Positions 35,886 to 40,000 of a stretch of DNA of 40,000 nucleotides are shown here, in pieces. Position 1 is the first letter of the stretch. Every line of letters starts with the position of its first letter. The DNA is from Halococcus morrhuae DSM 1307 (GTDB lineage: Archaea; Halobacteriota; Halobacteria; Halobacteriales; Halococcaceae), in contig NZ_CM125063.1 in NCBI RefSeq assembly GCF_052043925.1, forward strand, positions 2,849,604-2,889,603, given 5' to 3'. The position numbers were made by a program, and so were the translations under genes. The notes beneath the pieces are model-generated. The model saw only the letters and a program-made list of their open reading frames with translations. It did no database searches and was not told where the DNA came from.

Positions 35886-36332
35886 AATCGCCGAGGAAGT
35901 GGGCGTCGACGAGTTCCGCGCCGAACTCTTACCCGACGAGAAGGTCGAAGCGGTCGATGAGCTACTCGAAGAGCACGAAACAGTAGCAATGGTCGGCGAT
36001 GGGATCAACGACGCGCCGGCAATGGCGACCGCATCGCCGGGGTAGCGATGAGTGCGGCTGGGACGGATACGGCCCTGGAGACGGCGGACATTGCGTTGAT
36101 GGCCGATGACCTGTCGAAGCTGCCGTATCTCTACGATCTCTCGAACAGAGCCAACGGCGTCATCCGCCAGAACATCTGGGGGAGCCTCGGCGCGAAGGCA
36201 CTCCTCGCCGTCGGCGTGCCGTTCGGCCTCGTCTCGGTCGTCCTCGCCGTGCTCGTTGGCGACGTCGGGATGACCTTACTCGTCACCGGGAACGCGATGC
36301 GCCTCTCCCGCATTGCTCCCGAAAACGAATGA
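35878..36332 (+). pseudogene. Heavy-metal P-type (P1B) ATPase, C-terminal remnant, 5'-truncated and frameshifted
   Basis: [52 protein letters not shown] runs in one frame to a stop at 36043-36045. It continues in another frame as [49 protein letters not shown]... plus the last two TM helices. The frame switch is near 36033. Confidence 0.75.
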
Positions 36333-36338
36333 ACAGGA

Positions 36339-36355
36339 TGTTGCTGTCGATGAAT
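36339..36355. promoter_or_regulatory. Perfect 7-3-7 palindrome GATGAAT-AAC-ATTCATC (candidate metalloregulator operator or terminator hairpin)
   Basis: Seen directly in the sequence. It lies between the ATPase remnant stop (36332) and the start of the small membrane protein/CDF operon (36409). The TGAA-N-TTCA core resembles ArsR/SmtB-type operators. Confidence 0.25.
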
Positions 36356-36408
36356 AACATTCATCCGACAACGATACAGCGGTTGGTCGGACAACAAGGA
36401 GTCGATCC

Positions 36409-36723
36409 ATGGTAGATGTTTCGTCGAAATGGTCGTTTGCCCTCGTATTGCTGATCGGGATCGTCGGGCCCGGTCTCCTCGATTACTTGCTGTCGGCTGC
36501 GGGAGCTTCTCAACTCGGTGGAGCTGTTTGGGCACTCGGCTACGGTACGATGGTCCTCGTTATCTGGTATGGCTGGATAAGGCCCTTGAATTTGACTGGG
36601 CCGGATACCACCGACAAACAAACGGGGACAGCTGACGGTGATCCAACGTTGGACGAGAATTCTGTCCCTGTTGAGGGAGATAGAGGAACGACAACACTGG
36701 AATCGTCTGACAATGGCACGTAA
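36409..36723 (+). CDS. Small two-TM membrane protein with an acidic tail
   Basis: 104 aa. The helices are WSFALVLLIGIVGPGLLDYLL and GGAVWALGYGTMVLVIWYGWI. Its end overlaps the CDF start by 11 bp. Confidence 0.4.
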   Translation: MVDVSSKWSFALVLLIGIVGPGLLDYLLSAAGASQLGGAVWALGYGTMVLVIWYGWIRPLNLTGPDTTDKQTGTADGDPTLDENSVPVEGDRGTTTLESSDNGT

Positions 36724-36892
36724 CGTCACAACTCATGAACACGAATCGGCTGATGGGGATGATAGTGTCGGGATGCGCACGCTGGCGCTCGTTTCAGTAA
36801 TCAATCTCGCCGGCTTTTTCATCGAACTCGCCGGTGGTCTTCTCTTCGGATCTGTCGCGTTGGTCAGTGATTCTACGAATCGTGCCGGTTGA
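36713..36892 (+). pseudogene. Cation diffusion facilitator (CzcD/ZitB-like) transporter, N-terminal 59 codons only
   Basis: From ATG 36713: MARNVTTHEHES...RTLALVSVINLAGFFIELAGGLLFGSVALVSDS. This matches CDF TM1 plus the start of TM2 (the GSxALxaDa motif). Homology then ends and a stop follows. Confidence 0.55.
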
Positions 36893-37006
36893 GGAGTCGT
36901 CTGAGTGAACGCCAGATACGTCGGGGCACCCAAAGATAACGTTCAAGCGGTGAGGACGAACAGTCGAACTCGGCCGTGTCTGAATCGTGTTCGGACATTG
37001 CTGCTC

Positions 37007-38143
37007 TCAGTCAGCCCCCGGAACAACGTCGGCCATGCCACCACCACGTTCCTCGAAGTACATGAAGTACGCCTGAACGAGGAACACGACGCTGAAGACG
37101 ACGTTCAAGACGGCGGTGTACCAGCCTGGTTTCGTCCCACCGACCGCCCCGCGTGCGGGTATCAGCCCAGCTCCGGCCCACACAGCGTGGATGACCACCC
37201 CGGCGACGGCTGCCGCCACGAAGAAGAGGACGAACATCGTCGCGGCCATCCGCCAGCCGTAGAACTTCCGGTACATGTCGACGATGTGCGGGACGATGAG
37301 GTCGGCGAAGATATACGAGAGGACGCCGCCGAAGGGGATGCCACCCTGCCAGAGCACCAGCGCGAACGGCACGTTTGAGACTGAGCAGACAAACGTGAGC
37401 ACGCCGATGACCGCCCCGGCGACGACGCCGAAGACAACCCAGCCGACCGTCCCTTCGGGGAATATCGAGAAGAACTGCTGCCACGCCGATTCTGGCACGA
37501 ACCCCTTGATGAGGCTCGCAATGAGGAAGCCGGCGACGAGTTCCTTCCAGAGCATCCCCCACTCGCCGATGGCGTTCTTCGAGGCCTTCCGCCAACCTTG
37601 GAGCGTCAGTAGCTTCTCCTTCCACGAGTGATTCTGCACCCAGTCTTCGTCCATCCCATGGCCGCCCTCGTCGTCGCCGAGATTCCGAACGTGTTCGCGG
37701 GCGTCCTCGATCCAACTCTCGGGCACGAGGTACTTGAATGCGCCCGCGAGCAGGACGATGAGTAGGGCTCCGCCGACGAAGTCAGCCACCATGAACGTCG
37801 GGCTGAGCACGATCCAGATGACGATCCCGATCTCGATGACGAGATTCGTGCTGGCGAACTCGTAGGCCGCCAGTGAGGTCGCCGCCGAAGCTCCCTTCTT
37901 GAACAGCGATTTGGCGGTCGCAACGGCTCCGAATGAACAACTCGACGAGATGAACCCGAACCCCGATGCAAGGCCGATCTCGCGCCAGCTGTCACCGCCG
38001 ATCATGTCACCCATTCGCTCTTGACTGACGAACGCCTGTACGGCTCCCGAGATGGTGAATCCGAGCACGATTGGCCACCACGTTATCCACACCATCTCGA
38101 CAAGGAACCGCCCTGACTCGATCAGGCTCTGTTGAATCGACAT
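37007..38143 (-). CDS. COG0701-type permease (ArsP/YraQ-like)
   Basis: 378 aa from ATG 38143 (MSIQQSLIESGRFLVEMVW...). It is a multi-pass membrane protein with SSSCSFGAVATAKSLFKKGA in the first half and a pseudo-repeat (CSVSNVPFALVLWQGGIPFGGVLSYIFADLI) in the second. Confidence 0.75.
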   Translation of the reverse strand: MSIQQSLIESGRFLVEMVWITWWPIVLGFTISGAVQAFVSQERMGDMIGGDSWREIGLASGFGFISSSCSFGAVATAKSLFKKGASAATSLAAYEFASTNLVIEIGIVIWIVLSPTFMVADFVGGALLIVLLAGAFKYLVPESWIEDAREHVRNLGDDEGGHGMDEDWVQNHSWKEKLLTLQGWRKASKNAIGEWGMLWKELVAGFLIASLIKGFVPESAWQQFFSIFPEGTVGWVVFGVVAGAVIGVLTFVCSVSNVPFALVLWQGGIPFGGVLSYIFADLIVPHIVDMYRKFYGWRMAATMFVLFFVAAAVAGVVIHAVWAGAGLIPARGAVGGTKPGWYTAVLNVVFSVVFLVQAYFMYFEERGGGMADVVPGAD

Positions 38144-38330
38144 GGTTGAACAAGGGCTGCCCCGTTTACGTGAGTTTCCGCTAACGACCCAAAGGCTCGC
38201 GGCCACTAGAATTTGTCTTTCAAAGGCAGCCGTTCGCCTCAACCCGAATGAAACGATCCAAATGAATATCTCATCCTCCGTTCAGCCTAATCCTCCGTAG
38301 AGAGTAGTGACACATGATCTCGAAATCAAC

Positions 38331-39262
38331 TGCTGTGTTGAATAGGGGTACGGCGCGGTGATCACAGTTTCTCACAGACTTGTTCGATGTTCGAGATAGC
38401 GAACATCAGGACGATCTCGCGGAATTCACGGTACCAGAATTGCGCTCGCACGGCGGAGCCGAGCGAGCGCTTCGTCGTCGAGTACGAAGTCTCGGACATC
38501 CACCGCTGAGAGTACCCAGCGTCCCGGATTAGCGCGTTATGACCTATTGTCTCCAGTGATGATCCCCGTTCGAGAACAAGCGGATCAACGTCGAGCGTGT
38601 AGAATTCGAACTTACTCATCCAGTCGTGAAATCCCTTGTCGGCGGCGACTGAGAGCAGGTCGTCGGCGTTCCGCCGGACGACCTGCGGCCCGAGTTTCGT
38701 ATCGTGCTTCCACTCGACCGAGCACTGTAGATCCAATACAGCGAGCGACTCCGTATCGGTGAGCGTTGTGACTTTCAGTGTCTGTACGTCTCGATCCGCT
38801 CGCTGAAGGTAGTACGACGAGGCGTGACCACGCTCGAAGAACGTGCTGTCGAGAGCAGCGTGACCGGACTGCGGGAGTTGCTCCGCTGAAACGCGGAGCA
38901 ACGCCCGCCAGATCGTCATATTGAATCGGTCGAACGACTTGTAGATCGTGGAGAAGTCCGGGACGTCGTTGAGATCGAGCTCAAGAATCTCGCGGAGCTC
39001 GCTGAAACAGCGGAGACGGTTTTCCGTTTCGCGGTAGCTGTGGTCGTCTTCGAGCCGATACCCGTGAATGACGAGGTGCTTCCAGCGGGCAAGCCCACCT
39101 TCGGCGGGCTTGCCCGCGTTGGTCCCCAACGCTTGTATGGCAAGCCGCTTACAGTCTCTCAGGAAGTCGAGGAGATCCACTTCGGCCATATCGGCCTTCC
39201 TCGGCTTCATCCTTACCGATGTGACGGTCTATCCCGCCGCCGTACCCCTATTCAACACAGCA
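38331..39262 (-). mobile_element. IS5-family (ISH1-subgroup-like) insertion sequence, copy 2, 932 bp, apparently identical to copy 1
   Basis: It has the same termini and the same ORF translations as 24278-25209, with a constant offset of 14053 bp. The flanking 8-mers AAATCAAC (left) and ATATATTG (right) differ, so there is no TSD. Confidence 0.85.
38362..39210 (-). CDS. IS4/IS5-superfamily DDE transposase (identical to 24309-25157)
   Basis: The 282-aa translation is identical to the copy 1 transposase. Confidence 0.9.
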   Translation of the reverse strand: MKPRKADMAEVDLLDFLRDCKRLAIQALGTNAGKPAEGGLARWKHLVIHGYRLEDDHSYRETENRLRCFSELREILELDLNDVPDFSTIYKSFDRFNMTIWRALLRVSAEQLPQSGHAALDSTFFERGHASSYYLQRADRDVQTLKVTTLTDTESLAVLDLQCSVEWKHDTKLGPQVVRRNADDLLSVAADKGFHDWMSKFEFYTLDVDPLVLERGSSLETIGHNALIRDAGYSQRWMSETSYSTTKRSLGSAVRAQFWYREFREIVLMFAISNIEQVCEKL

Positions 39263-39317
39263 ATATATTGAACCACGATACGATTAGACTCTCCGAGTAC
39301 ATCATACGAATCGCCGC

Positions 39318-39755
39318 CTACGCAGGGTCAGTCCGGAATTGGGATAGGTCAACATCGAGAGGCAGATCATCGAAATCGTCGTCGGCTCCAACAAGGAGTG
39401 TTGCATCACGCTCGATGGCGAGTGCGACCGCATTCGCATCCGCCAGTGAGATATCACCGTCTGCTTTGATTTCGCCGGCGAGCCGCCATGGAGCCGCACG
39501 AATCGCCAGTCCGCGGCGTTCAAGCGCGCGAAGATCGCGGTCGGCGTCTCGAAGTGATGCTTTGGTCGGCTTGTCATCAACTGTGCCCTCGAACCGGGCG
39601 ACGAGATAGAACACCTCACTGGCGTTGGCCTCACTGAGATTGCCCTCAGCATCGCCCTCGAAGACCGCATCCAATGTCGTTGCGACTGTCTCGTGGCCCG
39701 GTTCCCCGTAGAGGTACGCGATGATAGCCTCGGTATCGAAAACGTACTCGCTCAT
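39318..39755 (-). CDS. vapC: PIN-domain toxin VapC
   Basis: 145 aa. It begins MSEYVFDTEAIIAYL (first acidic residue), then SEANASEV, LADANAVALA and LLVGADDDFDDL, the PIN acidic quartet pattern. Its ATG overlaps the upstream stop (ATGA). Confidence 0.8.
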   Translation of the reverse strand: MSEYVFDTEAIIAYLYGEPGHETVATTLDAVFEGDAEGNLSEANASEVFYLVARFEGTVDDKPTKASLRDADRDLRALERRGLAIRAAPWRLAGEIKADGDISLADANAVALAIERDATLLVGADDDFDDLPLDVDLSQFRTDPA

Positions 39756-40000
39756 TCAGCGTCCTCGTTGGGACGCAACCGTTCGGCGGTTTCCTCCTCG
39801 CGTTGTTTTTCCTCGTCGTTGATCTCGCGAACTTTCGCGAGGACTTCGCCGGGTTCGTGTTCTCCCGCGTGGATACCGTGGAGTTCCTCTGCAGGGGGTA
39901 GCGGTTCGACGATGATTCTCCCTTCATCTTCGTAGACGATGACCTCACCAGGTGTGTCGATCCCGAACTTCTCACGAAGGTGCTGGGGGATTGTGGCCTG
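39752..40000 (-). CDS. vapB: AbrB/SpoVT-family antitoxin VapB (5' end outside the window)
   Basis: My own translation of the minus strand from 40000 reads QATIPQHLREKFGIDTPGEVIVYEDEGRIIVEPLPPAEELHGIHAGEHEPGEVLAKVREINDEEKQREEETAERLRPNEDAE*. The TIP..R..fgi..Gd.v swapped-hairpin motif is present. It is not in the ORF track because the start is outside the window. Confidence 0.75.
   Translation of the reverse strand, partial: QATIPQHLREKFGIDTPGEVIVYEDEGRIIVEPLPPAEELHGIHAGEHEPGEVLAKVREINDEEKQREEETAERLRPNEDAE

Noticed and set aside
24278-39262. Composite transposon formed by the two identical IS copies
   Set aside because: The outer flanks (GGGTGGTC on the left of copy 1, ATATATTG on the right of copy 2) do not form a target duplication. 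Copy 1 has its own private TSD. The interior also includes core-like GC-rich housekeeping genes (pyrF, the GTPase).
1-40000. CRISPR arrays, rRNA or tRNA genes
   Set aside because: No regularly spaced repeat array was seen in the intergenic regions of 100 bp or more that I read. No cloverleaf-compatible or rRNA-like segment was seen either. All longer non-coding stretches lie in the AT-rich islands and lack such structure.

Overview
High-GC DNA that looks like a haloarchaeal chromosome: the proteins are strongly acidic and the insertion sequences are ISH-type. No rRNA, tRNA or CRISPR array was seen. All motif and family calls were made by eye, without database searches.

Layout:
(1) 1-18.39 kb is a dense core block. 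It holds the msrA 3' end, an orphan beta-class DNA methyltransferase, an LLM oxidoreductase, an SDR, HAD hydrolases, an FMN-dependent hydroxyacid oxidase, a CaiB-type CoA-transferase and a BtrH-like protein. It also holds a Prx-like/glutaredoxin pair, an amphi-Trp/YegP protein and a cupin. A beta-oxidation-type cluster follows: acyl-CoA dehydrogenase (ACAD) divergent from an APH-like kinase, 3-hydroxyacyl-CoA dehydrogenase, PaaI thioesterase and MaoC dehydratase. The block ends with a Usp, a wHTH regulator, a second ACAD, a Zn-ADH, ribosomal protein S8e and a DUF2240-like gene.
(2) 18.39-25.5 kb is a lower-GC mosaic. It holds an aldehyde dehydrogenase, an intact single-ORF IS66-family element with an 8-bp target-site duplication (TSD), a CBS-less IMPDH/GMP-reductase homologue, an AT-rich stretch with a frameshifted membrane-protein gene, and copy 1 of a 932-bp IS5-family element.
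(3) 25.5-29.5 kb returns to core DNA: HAD hydrolase, pyrF, a small zinc-finger protein, a J-domain membrane protein and a GTPBP1/EF-1alpha-like GTPase.
(4) 29.5-39.3 kb is an AT-richer accessory island. It starts with a coiled-coil membrane-protein cassette bracketed by 28-bp direct repeats, then a wHTH-HAD operon divergent from a gene for a nucleoside-deoxyribosyltransferase/TIR-like protein that is broken in a T7 run. Next come a 1109-bp IS5-family element with a TSD, an ISH6-type element without one, and a mosaic of a serine-recombinase fragment fused to a frameshifted P-type ATPase remnant. The island ends with a truncated CDF transporter, an intact COG0701 permease and an identical second copy of the 932-bp IS.
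(5) 39.3-40 kb is a vapBC toxin-antitoxin pair running off the window.

The best candidate for something undescribed is the 29.5-32.85 kb accessory module (repeat-bracketed coiled-coil membrane protein, plus wHTH-HAD phosphatase, plus NDT/TIR-like protein). Its function is inferred only from motifs, and one member is frameshifted. Other notable points: CTAG is almost absent from the core DNA but common in the islands, there is a split ACAD10/11-like kinase plus dehydrogenase pair, and one of the two identical IS copies lacks a TSD, which points to IS-mediated rearrangement.
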